Below are positions 1 through 7,882 of a DNA stretch of 64,000 nucleotides, piece by piece (the stretch's first letter is position 1; each line of letters opens with the position of its first letter). The stretch is from Candidatus Latescibacterota bacterium (GTDB lineage: Bacteria > Latescibacterota > UBA2968 > UBA8231), in NCBI GenBank assembly GCA_964291625.2, contig OZ220089.1, positions 4,384,001 through 4,448,000 of the forward strand. The letters run 5' to 3'. Position numbers and translations under genes: made by a program. A model generated the notes under the pieces. It saw nothing but the letters and a program-made list of their open reading frames with translations. It did no database searches and was not told the DNA's origin.

Positions 1-150
1 GTAGAGCACGAAGGCGGCGGCGAAGATCACCCCGGCCTGGAACCCGCCGCCCGGGCCGTAGTCGCCGTGGAACTGCACGTAGAGGCCGAAGAGGAGGATG
101 AAGGGGATCAGGAGCTTGGCCACGACCCGGAGGATGAGATGGTGGCTCAC
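1..150 (-). CDS. mnhB: Mrp/Mnh Na+/H+ antiporter subunit B (partial, runs off the window start)
   Basis: Hand translation from GTG at 150: (M)SHHLILRVVAKLLIPFILLFGLYVQFHGDYGPGGGFQAGVIFAAAFVLY, containing the MnhB HG..PGGGFQAG motif. GTGA overlap with the upstream stop. Confidence 0.9.
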   Translation of the reverse strand, partial: MSHHLILRVVAKLLIPFILLFGLYVQFHGDYGPGGGFQAGVIFAAAFVLY

Positions 151-683
151 GGGGCGTCCCGGCTCCGCCGGCGGCCCCCCAGGAGCAGCAGAACCCCGAC
201 GCCGGCGGTGAAGATCACGGTCAGCTCGCCGAGGGTGTCGTAGCCCCGGTAGCTGGCCAGCACGGAGGTGACGATGTTGGGCACGCCGATCTCCTCTCCC
301 GACCGCTCGATGTAGCGCGGGGCCACATGCTGGTGGACCGGGGCCCCGGGGTCCCCGTAGCGCGGCATGTCGAGGGTGGCGAAGACCAGAGCCGCCCCCG
401 TGATGACCACCACGAGGAGGGGAACGACCGTCGGATGGCCGGACTCCTCCCGCCTCGTCGTCAGCAGCATGGTGCCGAGGAAGATCACCGTGGAGACGCC
501 GGCGCCCACGGCGGCCTCGGTGAAGGCCACGTCCACGGCGTCGAGTACCGTGAAGAGGGCGGCCGAGACGAGGCTGTAGAAGCCCATGAAGACGACAACG
601 GCCAGGAGGTTGCGGAGGCGGGCCACGGCCACGGCGATGCCGGCCAGGAAGAGGAGGAGGCTGAGGTCGATCAGCCCGGTCAA
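147..683 (-). CDS. Mrp/Mnh antiporter DUF4040 / MnhB-related subunit
   Basis: Motifs DAVDVAFTEAAVGAG and NIVTSVLASYRGYDTLGE. TTG start at 683 overlaps the mnhG stop (TTGA). Confidence 0.85.
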   Translation of the reverse strand: MTGLIDLSLLLFLAGIAVAVARLRNLLAVVVFMGFYSLVSAALFTVLDAVDVAFTEAAVGAGVSTVIFLGTMLLTTRREESGHPTVVPLLVVVITGAALVFATLDMPRYGDPGAPVHQHVAPRYIERSGEEIGVPNIVTSVLASYRGYDTLGELTVIFTAGVGVLLLLGGRRRSRDAP

Positions 684-1021
684 GAGGGCTCGTCCTCTTG
701 ACCGGCGTGGGGTTCCTCCGTCTCGGGGGTGTACGGCTCCAGCCCGTCCTCGAGGGCGGCCCTGGCGATGGCGTGAGCCGCCGTCGGACTGGTGATCCAC
801 AGGAGGCCGAGGACGAAGGCCAGCTTCACCAGCACCAGCGTCCATCCCGCCTGCAGCATCAGCCCCCCGAGAACCAGTCCCGCGCCCAGGGTGTCGGTGA
901 CGCCCGCTCCGTGCATGCGGCTGAAGAAGTCCGGCAGCCGGTGGAGCCCGATGCCGCCGACGACGCAGAAGAACGCCCCCGACATCAGCAGGGCCCAGCT
1001 GGCCAGGTCGATGAAATCCAT
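680..1021 (-). CDS. mnhG: Mrp/Mnh antiporter subunit G
   Basis: GLHRLPDFFSRMHGAGVTDTLG and TSPTAAHAIARAA motifs; ATG at 1021. Confidence 0.92.
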   Translation of the reverse strand: MDFIDLASWALLMSGAFFCVVGGIGLHRLPDFFSRMHGAGVTDTLGAGLVLGGLMLQAGWTLVLVKLAFVLGLLWITSPTAAHAIARAALEDGLEPYTPETEEPHAGQEDEPS

Positions 1022-1023
1022 GG

Positions 1024-1302
1024 TCAGCGGCGGCTCACTCGTCCGGGGCCGAAGAAGCTCCCGTACTGGACGAACTTCAGGATCGCCACGGTGGAGATGA
1101 AGTTGAGGAGGACGTAGATCAGGGCGAGGTCGAGGAACTCGGGCCGCCCCGTGAGGAACCCGAGGACGGCGATGAGCAGGACCGTCTTGGTGCCGCACAT
1201 GTTGGCCCCGAGGACGCGGTCGTACACCGTCGGACCGAGGGCGGTGCGCGCCAGGGCCAGGGCCATGGTGAACAGCACGGCGGCCATGGTGGCTGCGAAC
1301 AT
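1024..1302 (-). CDS. mnhF: Mrp/Mnh antiporter subunit F
   Basis: Hydrophobic 92-aa protein with RTALGPTVYDRVLGAN and LDLALIYVLLNF; operon position. Confidence 0.92.
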   Translation of the reverse strand: MFAATMAAVLFTMALALARTALGPTVYDRVLGANMCGTKTVLLIAVLGFLTGRPEFLDLALIYVLLNFISTVAILKFVQYGSFFGPGRVSRR

Positions 1303-1307
1303 GGCTC

Positions 1308-1787
1308 TCAGTCCGCCGGGCCTTCGAGGCTGCGCACCCGCCGGTCCATCCGGCCCGCCTCCAGCTCCTCGGCGGCCTCCCGGGTCAGGGCGTGGACGGT
1401 GAATTCCTCGCCGTCGGCATCGCAGGTCAGGGTCCCCGGAGTCAGGGTGATGGAGTTGGCGTAGATCGCGCGGCCGAGGCTCGTCCTCTGTCCGGGCCGG
1501 ACCCGCAGCATGCGCGGGGCGACAGGCGGTCCCGGCCGCAGGATGCGGAGGGCCACGTCGATGTTGGACCGCAAGAGGGCCCGGATCAGCCAGGGGAGAT
1601 AGAGCAGCAGGCGCGGTGTCAGGTGCAGAGGCACCACTTCCTCGTCGAGCAGTTCCATGCGCCGGACGATGAGGACGACGAGAAGGCAGGATCCGGCGCC
1701 GCAGGCCAGCAGCAGGAGGGTGTAGTGGTTGGACCAGAGGAGCCAGGATGCGCAACAGGCGAGGCCCAGGCTGACGGCGCGTATCAA
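1308..1787 (-). CDS. mnhE: Mrp/Mnh antiporter subunit E
   Basis: SNIDVA and YANSITLTPGTLT...VHAL motifs. TTG start at 1787 preceded by GGAG. Confidence 0.9.
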   Translation of the reverse strand: MIRAVSLGLACCASWLLWSNHYTLLLLACGAGSCLLVVLIVRRMELLDEEVVPLHLTPRLLLYLPWLIRALLRSNIDVALRILRPGPPVAPRMLRVRPGQRTSLGRAIYANSITLTPGTLTCDADGEEFTVHALTREAAEELEAGRMDRRVRSLEGPAD

Positions 1788-1872
1788 GTGGCGTGACTCC
1801 GGGGGGGAGGGCTCGGGCCGGCAAGAGTTGCGCGAGGCGCCGGCGAATCCGCGTAGGCACAGAGTTCCCAAA

Positions 1873-1900
1873 AGGTTACGGGGCCGCCGTAGATCGTCAA
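1873..1900 (-). promoter_or_regulatory. Putative sigma70 promoter of the mnh operon
   Basis: Minus strand reads TTGACG-N16-TAACCT upstream of mnhE. Confidence 0.55.
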
Positions 1901-1926
1901 GCCGTCGCCGGGCCTGCCGCGTCTGC

Positions 1927-1955
1927 TTGTGACCACACGGGGCGGCCCATACCTT
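1927..1955 (+). promoter_or_regulatory. Putative sigma70 promoter of the enolase-family gene
   Basis: TTGTGA-N17-TACCTT, divergent from the mnh promoter. Confidence 0.4.
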
Positions 1956-2037
1956 GCGGCGAGAGAGCCCCCCATCGCCCGGCCGGGTGCCCGCCCTGGC
2001 GGACCCGCCGCCCTCACCCTCCAGCCTGGAGAGTCCC

Positions 2038-3309
2038 ATGCCCGCCCCCCTGCGCATCCAGGAGGTCGAGCGCATCACCGTGCGCGTGCCCTTCACCGAG
2101 CGCGTGAGCCGCTGGAACGCGCTCCTCGTCTGGCAGTGGCAGATCGTCGAGATCATCCGCGTCACCACCGACGACGGCAGCGTCGGCTACGGCGAGACCC
2201 TGCCCCACTACACCTGGGGGCCGGTCGGCGACCAGGCCCTGGAGGGCGTGCGCGGCCGCAACCCCTCCGAGCTGCTCGGCGACGACAGCCTCGGCGCCGG
2301 CCTGCAGATGGCGCTCTACGACGTGGTCGGCAAGGCCCTGGGGGTACCCGCCTACAAGCTGTTCAACCTGCCCAAGGTGCGCGACTGGTGCCCCATCGCC
2401 TGGTGGAACACCAAGATGAGCCCCGAGGACCTGGCCGGGGAGGCGAAGGACGCGGTGGCCGCAGGCTACATCTTCCACAAGTTCAAGACCCGGCCCTGGA
2501 TCGACGTCTACCAGCAGGTGGAGGCCGTCAGCGCCGTCACCCCCCGCCATTACCGGCTCGACCTCGACTGGAACGGCATGCTTCTCAACGTGGGCACCGC
2601 CGCCCCCGTACTGCAGCGGCTCGACGGGTACGAGCGGGTCTCCATCTACGAGGGCCCCATCAACCAGGGGGACGTGGAGGGCCAGCGGGAACTGCGCCGT
2701 AAGGTTTCCCGGCCGATCGCCCTCCACTTCGGGGCGCCCCCCTTTCCCACGGCGGTGAAGGAAGCGGTCTGCGACGGCTTCGTCATCGGCGGGGGCGTCT
2801 CCGCCGTGCTGCGCCAGGGCCAGCTCGCCGCCGAGTTCGAGAAGCCCTTCTGGCTGCAGATGGTCGGCGCCGGCCTGGTGACCGCCTTCGCCGCCCATCT
2901 CGGCGCGGTGCTGAACTTCGCCCAGTGGCCGGCGATCACCTGCCTGAACAACTACACCGACGACCTGCTGAGCGAGCCCCTCACCATCCGGGGAGGATAC
3001 CTGCGCGTGCCCGAGGGGCCGGGGCTCGGCGTCCAGGTCGACGAGGAGGCGCTCAGCCGCCTGGCAATGGAACCCCCGTACCGGGTGGAGGAGCCGCGCC
3101 ACATCCTCTCGGTGGTCTGGGAGGGGGGCCGCGTCGTGCACTTCTCCAGCATGCGAGACCAGTGCTGGCCGCACTTCCGGCAGGCCGGCAACGATCCGGC
3201 CCAGGAGCCGGGGGTCAGGCTGGAGATCCGGGACGACGACGGCTCCCGGGAGTGGGCCGATCTCTACGAGCGCCTGCGGCAGGGGCCGGTGCGCGAGCAG
3301 CGGTCCTAG
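2038..3309 (+). CDS. Mandelate racemase/muconate lactonizing enzyme (enolase superfamily) protein
   Basis: GYGET, ALYDVVGKALGVPAYKLF, KFK, DWNG, EGP and PEGPGLGVQVDEEAL motifs; GGAG RBS before ATG 2038. Confidence 0.88.
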   Translation: MPAPLRIQEVERITVRVPFTERVSRWNALLVWQWQIVEIIRVTTDDGSVGYGETLPHYTWGPVGDQALEGVRGRNPSELLGDDSLGAGLQMALYDVVGKALGVPAYKLFNLPKVRDWCPIAWWNTKMSPEDLAGEAKDAVAAGYIFHKFKTRPWIDVYQQVEAVSAVTPRHYRLDLDWNGMLLNVGTAAPVLQRLDGYERVSIYEGPINQGDVEGQRELRRKVSRPIALHFGAPPFPTAVKEAVCDGFVIGGGVSAVLRQGQLAAEFEKPFWLQMVGAGLVTAFAAHLGAVLNFAQWPAITCLNNYTDDLLSEPLTIRGGYLRVPEGPGLGVQVDEEALSRLAMEPPYRVEEPRHILSVVWEGGRVVHFSSMRDQCWPHFRQAGNDPAQEPGVRLEIRDDDGSREWADLYERLRQGPVREQRS

Positions 3310-3487
3310 CGCGGGGTGGCGACCCGGCAATCATCGGATCGATGACTGGAGCCGCGTCCTGGCCACGGAACCTCTCACCCTGAGGCTGCGCGTCGCCGGA
3401 GAGCGCGTCCACGGCGATCTGGAGCGCTTCCCGGTCCGCGTCGATCTCGTCCTGCCCGCCGTCGCATGGGCAGCCGCGGCATCGGGG

Positions 3488-5350
3488 ATGCGCGTCCGGG
3501 ATTCCGAGGGCGAGCTGCCCCACCGGCTTTCGGCCGACGGGGCCACCGGGCGGGTCGAGGGCTGGATCGAGGTCCGAAGGCTGGAGCGGGGGCGCGACGC
3601 CCTCCTGTTCCTGGACCTCGGCGAGGCCCCGGCCGCCGGCGGCGGGTTCTCCGACCACGCTCTCTTCGCCGGCCGGGAGACGGGCCGCGCTCCGGCGGCG
3701 GGCGACTTCGTCGTCGAGGGCTGGCTCGCGGTCGAGGAGGTGCGGGCCGAGGCGGCCCAGGTGATCGCCGCCCAGTGGGCCTTCGCCCCGGAGATGACCG
3801 GCTTCGCCACCCACGACGCCGGCTCCACCGACGGCCTGCGGACGCGGGGGTTCTTCGGCGCCGTCTTCGACGGCCGCCACGTCTACTTCGCCCCCCAGTG
3901 CAACGACGAGGGCCGCCACGGCCAGGCCCTGCGCTACGACACGCGTCGGGCCTTCGACGACCCCGCCGCCTGGGAGGGGTACGACGCCGGCGCCACGGCG
4001 GGCCTGGCCACCCGGGGCTACTACGGCGCCCTCTTCGACGGCCGCTTCGTCTACTACGTGCCGCGGACCGACGGGGAGGAGATGCACCGGCGGGTGCTGC
4101 GCTTCGACACGGCCGGGGAGTTCCGCGACCCGGCGAGCTGGTCGGCCCGGGACGCCGGCGGGGCGATCTCGAGTCAGGGCGGCGCCTTCGACGGCCGCTA
4201 CGCCTACTTCGCCCCGGGCTATCACCAGGAGAGCGGCGCCGACGGCCGCGTGCTGCGCCACGACACCGCCGGGGAGTTCCACGACGACGCCAGCTGGGCG
4301 GTCCACGACGCCGGGGCCACGGGCGGGCTCAACTGCACCAACTACGATGGCGCCCTCTACGACGGCCGGCACGTCTACTTCGCCCCCCTCGACGGCGGCG
4401 CCGTTCTGCGCCACGACCCCGGCCGCCCCTTCGAGGACCCGGCCGCCTGGGAGGCCTTCGACCCGGCCCGGCTGCCGGCGGGGTCCTTCGGCCAGTGCGT
4501 CGGCGCCGTCTTCGACGGCCGCTGGATCTACTTCACGCCGTACGTCCACGCCACCGTGGTCCGCTACGACACCGGGGCCCCCTTCCGCGACCCCGACAGC
4601 TGGCAGGCTTTCGAGGCGGCCCACATCGGCGGCCTGCGCACCCGCGGGTACGACGGCGCCGCCTTCGACGGCCGCTTCGTCCATTTCATCCCCTTCTGGG
4701 AGGGCGGGGCCCCGGGGGTCGGGTTCCACGCCCGCACCCTCCGCTACGACACGGCCCGCCCCTTCGACGACCCGGCCTCCTGGCAGGCGGCGGACGGTTG
4801 CGCCCTGGCCCCTCCGAACCCCGGTGGGTTCAACGGCGGCGCCTTCGACGGCCGCTTCCTCTACATGGCTCCCTGGCGGGAGGACGACCCCACGGGAGAG
4901 ATCCGCTCCCACGGGCAGGTCCTGCGCCTGGACACCGCCGGCGAGGGAGCCCGGTTCCAACTGCGGTGGATGGACTGCGGCCACAACGGCGGCCTCGGCG
5001 GGGCCCTTCCGGGCGCTTCGTTCCTCGTCAACTGCGAGGACGGTCCGGTCTCGGTGCGGGCCGGCCGCCTCCCGGAGCCGGGACGGCACCATGTGGCCGG
5101 GGTCTACCGCTGCGGCCGGGGGGCCGAGCTGTGGATCGACGGCGAGCTCGTCGACGAGGCCCCGCCCCGAGGGCGCCCGGTGGAGGCTTCGGCGCCCCTC
5201 ACGGTGGGGCACCTGCCGGGGGGTACGGGACGGCTGGCGGGGCAGCTCGCCGACGCCCGGGTGCGGGTGGGTCCGGTGCCCGAGGGCTGGGTGCGCACGT
5301 CCTGGGAGAGCCTGCGCGACCCCAGGGGCTTCCTGCGATTGCAGGCCTAG
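3488..5350 (+). CDS. DUF2341/LamG-like protein with seven GAxFDGRxxYFxP propeller repeats
   Basis: Seven ~55-aa repeats visible; LamG-like HHVAGVY...LWIDGELV...LTVG. The true start is probably further upstream. Confidence 0.75.
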   Translation: MRVRDSEGELPHRLSADGATGRVEGWIEVRRLERGRDALLFLDLGEAPAAGGGFSDHALFAGRETGRAPAAGDFVVEGWLAVEEVRAEAAQVIAAQWAFAPEMTGFATHDAGSTDGLRTRGFFGAVFDGRHVYFAPQCNDEGRHGQALRYDTRRAFDDPAAWEGYDAGATAGLATRGYYGALFDGRFVYYVPRTDGEEMHRRVLRFDTAGEFRDPASWSARDAGGAISSQGGAFDGRYAYFAPGYHQESGADGRVLRHDTAGEFHDDASWAVHDAGATGGLNCTNYDGALYDGRHVYFAPLDGGAVLRHDPGRPFEDPAAWEAFDPARLPAGSFGQCVGAVFDGRWIYFTPYVHATVVRYDTGAPFRDPDSWQAFEAAHIGGLRTRGYDGAAFDGRFVHFIPFWEGGAPGVGFHARTLRYDTARPFDDPASWQAADGCALAPPNPGGFNGGAFDGRFLYMAPWREDDPTGEIRSHGQVLRLDTAGEGARFQLRWMDCGHNGGLGGALPGASFLVNCEDGPVSVRAGRLPEPGRHHVAGVYRCGRGAELWIDGELVDEAPPRGRPVEASAPLTVGHLPGGTGRLAGQLADARVRVGPVPEGWVRTSWESLRDPRGFLRLQA

Positions 5351-5363
5351 GCCGGGAGAGGCG

Positions 5364-6407
5364 TCAGGCCAGCAAGGTCTCGACGTCGTGCTCGATGGGC
5401 TCCACCATGGCGGGGGGGCCGGGCCACAGGCGCAGGCGCCCCTCCACCGGCTCGAAGAGGACGGCGAAGTCGGTGTGCAGGCCGTCCTCCCCCTGCTGGC
5501 AGATGGCCCCCACGGAGGAGCGGTCCGCCAGGATCCGCTCGATGGCGATGCCCTCCCTGGCGAGGCGCAGGGCGTTGTCCAGGCGGCGCCGGCCGTTGGC
5601 GTCGATGGCGGGGCTCTGGGCCGGGTTCCGGCGCTCGAACTCAGGGTCCAGGATGTGGTTCGTATGGCCGAGGGGGATGCCGCCCTCCGCCTCGACCACC
5701 GTCATCCCGGCGCCGGTCTTCTCCACCAGAGCGAGGCGGCCCGACCCATCCCCGAGCATCAGGCTGAAGCCGTAGGCGTTCACCCGCAGGTCCCGCAGGT
5801 GTTCCAGGGCCTCGCCCACGTCGGCGCAGGCGGGCAGGACCGTGTGCAGGGCCATCAGCGAGAACAGGCCGTCCTCCTCCTTCATCGGTCCCGGGATGCC
5901 GGTCATGCCCATGGCCAGCCCCGGACGGTTGAAGCCGGCCACCGTCCACGGCGTGCCGGCGAAGTGAAAGTGGCCGTGGTCGTGGCCGTCGTCGGGGCGG
6001 CTGATCTCGAGCACGTTCAGGCCCAGTTGGTGACGCTCGATGTCGTCGGTCTTGCCGAAGCGCGCGGAGCCGTTCCGCCGCCGGCCGACGAGGGTGCACT
6101 GGGGGAGCTCGCCGGAGAGGCGGTGGTGGCAGAGGGCCGCCAGGTAGAGGTCCTCGTCCCAGCCCAGTCCGGCGGCGATGCCGCGGCACTCCTCCACCCC
6201 GTCGGGGAAGACGGCGGACCACTGGTCGGCCCAGCGGCGCGAGTTGCGGCCCAGAGTCTCCACCAGGGCGTCCCACGAGGGCGCCCGTTGCTGCGCCGCC
6301 AGGCCGGTCAGCACCCGGCGAAGCCAGCCCTGGGCGAGACCGCGGCACTGCTCGCCCTGCTGGCGCCCGCGTTCCCGCGCCGGTCCCCGGGTCTCGATCC
6401 TCAGCAC
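5364..6407 (-). CDS. Peptidase C45 / AAT family Ntn-hydrolase
   Basis: EECRGIAAG, nucleophile site QCT, GFNRPGLA and HTNH motifs. Confidence 0.8.
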   Translation of the reverse strand: MLRIETRGPARERGRQQGEQCRGLAQGWLRRVLTGLAAQQRAPSWDALVETLGRNSRRWADQWSAVFPDGVEECRGIAAGLGWDEDLYLAALCHHRLSGELPQCTLVGRRRNGSARFGKTDDIERHQLGLNVLEISRPDDGHDHGHFHFAGTPWTVAGFNRPGLAMGMTGIPGPMKEEDGLFSLMALHTVLPACADVGEALEHLRDLRVNAYGFSLMLGDGSGRLALVEKTGAGMTVVEAEGGIPLGHTNHILDPEFERRNPAQSPAIDANGRRRLDNALRLAREGIAIERILADRSSVGAICQQGEDGLHTDFAVLFEPVEGRLRLWPGPPAMVEPIEHDVETLLA

Positions 6408-6413
6408 CGGGCT

Positions 6414-7760
6414 TCAGTAGGGCGTGCCGCTGGCCGTGATCGGGCACCAGCGTGAGGTGGCCAGGTGGTGGTAGAGCAGCTCCCGGGCCCCTGAGCTGTC
6501 GACGCGCTGCAGGCAGCGGAGGGCGTTGGCGCGCACGTAGCGGTTGTCGTGGTCGAGGGCGCGGCCCAGGGCCGGGAGGGCTTCCTCGGCGGCGGCGCCG
6601 AGGCGCGCCAGGCTCAAGGAGGCGTTGCGGATCACCCACTCGTCCTCCTCCGAGCAGGCCTGGGCGAGGCGGGGCACCGCCGAGACGGCTCCCATCGTCC
6701 CCAGGGCATGGGCCGCGAGGCGGCGGACCTCCAGGTCCTCGTCCTCCAGGCTCCCGGTGACGTCGGGCACCGCCTCGGCGGCCTGGCGGCCGAGGTCGCC
6801 CAGGCAGTCGACGGCCGCGGCCCTCACCCCGGCGTCGTCGTGCTCCAGGCACTCCACCAGCCCGGGGACGGCGGCGGCGCCCGCCGCGGTCAGCCCGTAG
6901 GCGGCGTTGCGCCGGACGCCGCCCGCCCCGGAGCGCAGGCCCTCCAGCAGGGCGTCCACGGCGTCGGTGTCGGCCGACCCCCCGAGGCGGTAGGCGACGT
7001 GCAGGGCCCGGGTCTCGTCCTCGGCGCCGAGGTCTTCCGCCAGGCCCGTCGCCACCGCGGAGGAGACCGAGGCCGCCGCCGCACCCGCATGTCCCGTGTG
7101 CCAGCTCCACATGGACCGCCACAGAGGCGCGAGCCGGTCCTCCCCGTCGAAGGAGGCCGGACCGCGCCCGTTGGCCGCCGGCTCGTCGAGGCGGGTGAAG
7201 AGGAACTTCAGCATGTAGCGCTTGCGGTCGCTGGTGTTGGCCAGACCGCGGTGCCAGAGGTCGTAGTGGACGATCGTCACCGTGCCGGCGCGGCCGGCCA
7301 GCGCGACCTCGGCGTCGGGGTCGGGCGGCGAGTTCAAGTACTGCGATCCCGGCACGACGCCCGTGGGGCCCATCTCCGCGGTGGTGTCCTGCGGGTAGTA
7401 GAAGGCCATGCACCAGCGGGTCCGGTGGTGCCGCCGGGACCAGCTGTCCTTGTGCAGTTGCTGGGCCTCGCTCCCGGGCTGCCGGTAGTGGCAGAAGCGG
7501 TGGGCGTGCAGGTAGTAGTCCTCCCCCAGCAGGCTCTGCAGGGCGCCGTGGACGGGGGGGCTGTCGAGGACGCGGCGGATGCCGGGGACCCGCGGCAGGA
7601 TGTTGTTGCCGGGGTTGGACTCGGCCTCGAAGAGGCGGTCCACCTCCTCGAACTGTTCCCGGTGGAAGTCGGCGGAGAGGCCGGCGTCGAGGGTGATGTA
7701 ACCGTCGCGCAGGAACCGCTGCAGGCCGTCGTCGTCGAGGGGCGTGGGCGTGGGGCGCAT
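6414..7760 (-). CDS. PhyH-family Fe(II)/2OG dioxygenase fused to HEAT repeats
   Basis: FLRDGYI, HKD iron motif, GPTGVVPGSQ, distal LWHRG; C-terminal VRxxAAxxLG HEAT repeats. Confidence 0.85.
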   Translation of the reverse strand: MRPTPTPLDDDGLQRFLRDGYITLDAGLSADFHREQFEEVDRLFEAESNPGNNILPRVPGIRRVLDSPPVHGALQSLLGEDYYLHAHRFCHYRQPGSEAQQLHKDSWSRRHHRTRWCMAFYYPQDTTAEMGPTGVVPGSQYLNSPPDPDAEVALAGRAGTVTIVHYDLWHRGLANTSDRKRYMLKFLFTRLDEPAANGRGPASFDGEDRLAPLWRSMWSWHTGHAGAAAASVSSAVATGLAEDLGAEDETRALHVAYRLGGSADTDAVDALLEGLRSGAGGVRRNAAYGLTAAGAAAVPGLVECLEHDDAGVRAAAVDCLGDLGRQAAEAVPDVTGSLEDEDLEVRRLAAHALGTMGAVSAVPRLAQACSEEDEWVIRNASLSLARLGAAAEEALPALGRALDHDNRYVRANALRCLQRVDSSGARELLYHHLATSRWCPITASGTPY

Positions 7761-7882
7761 TGGGGCTCCTCTCTGTCCCCGCTTGCGGCGCGGGACCTAT
7801 CTTAGGCGGCTCGTATCAGGACTCGGAATCAATGTAGCAAACCGCCCGGTGAGAGGCAGGGACCGCCGGGGAAAGGTCCGTG

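Noticed and set aside
1788-1870. Possible Na+/Li+ riboswitch upstream of the mnh operon
   Set aside because: I could not recognise the conserved sequence or structure of the known motifs; an Rfam scan would be needed.
3842-4935. Recurrent DNA repeats (TTCGACGGCCGC) suggestive of a CRISPR array
   Set aside because: Repeats are short, degenerate and in frame, encoding the FDGR protein repeat; no cas genes nearby.
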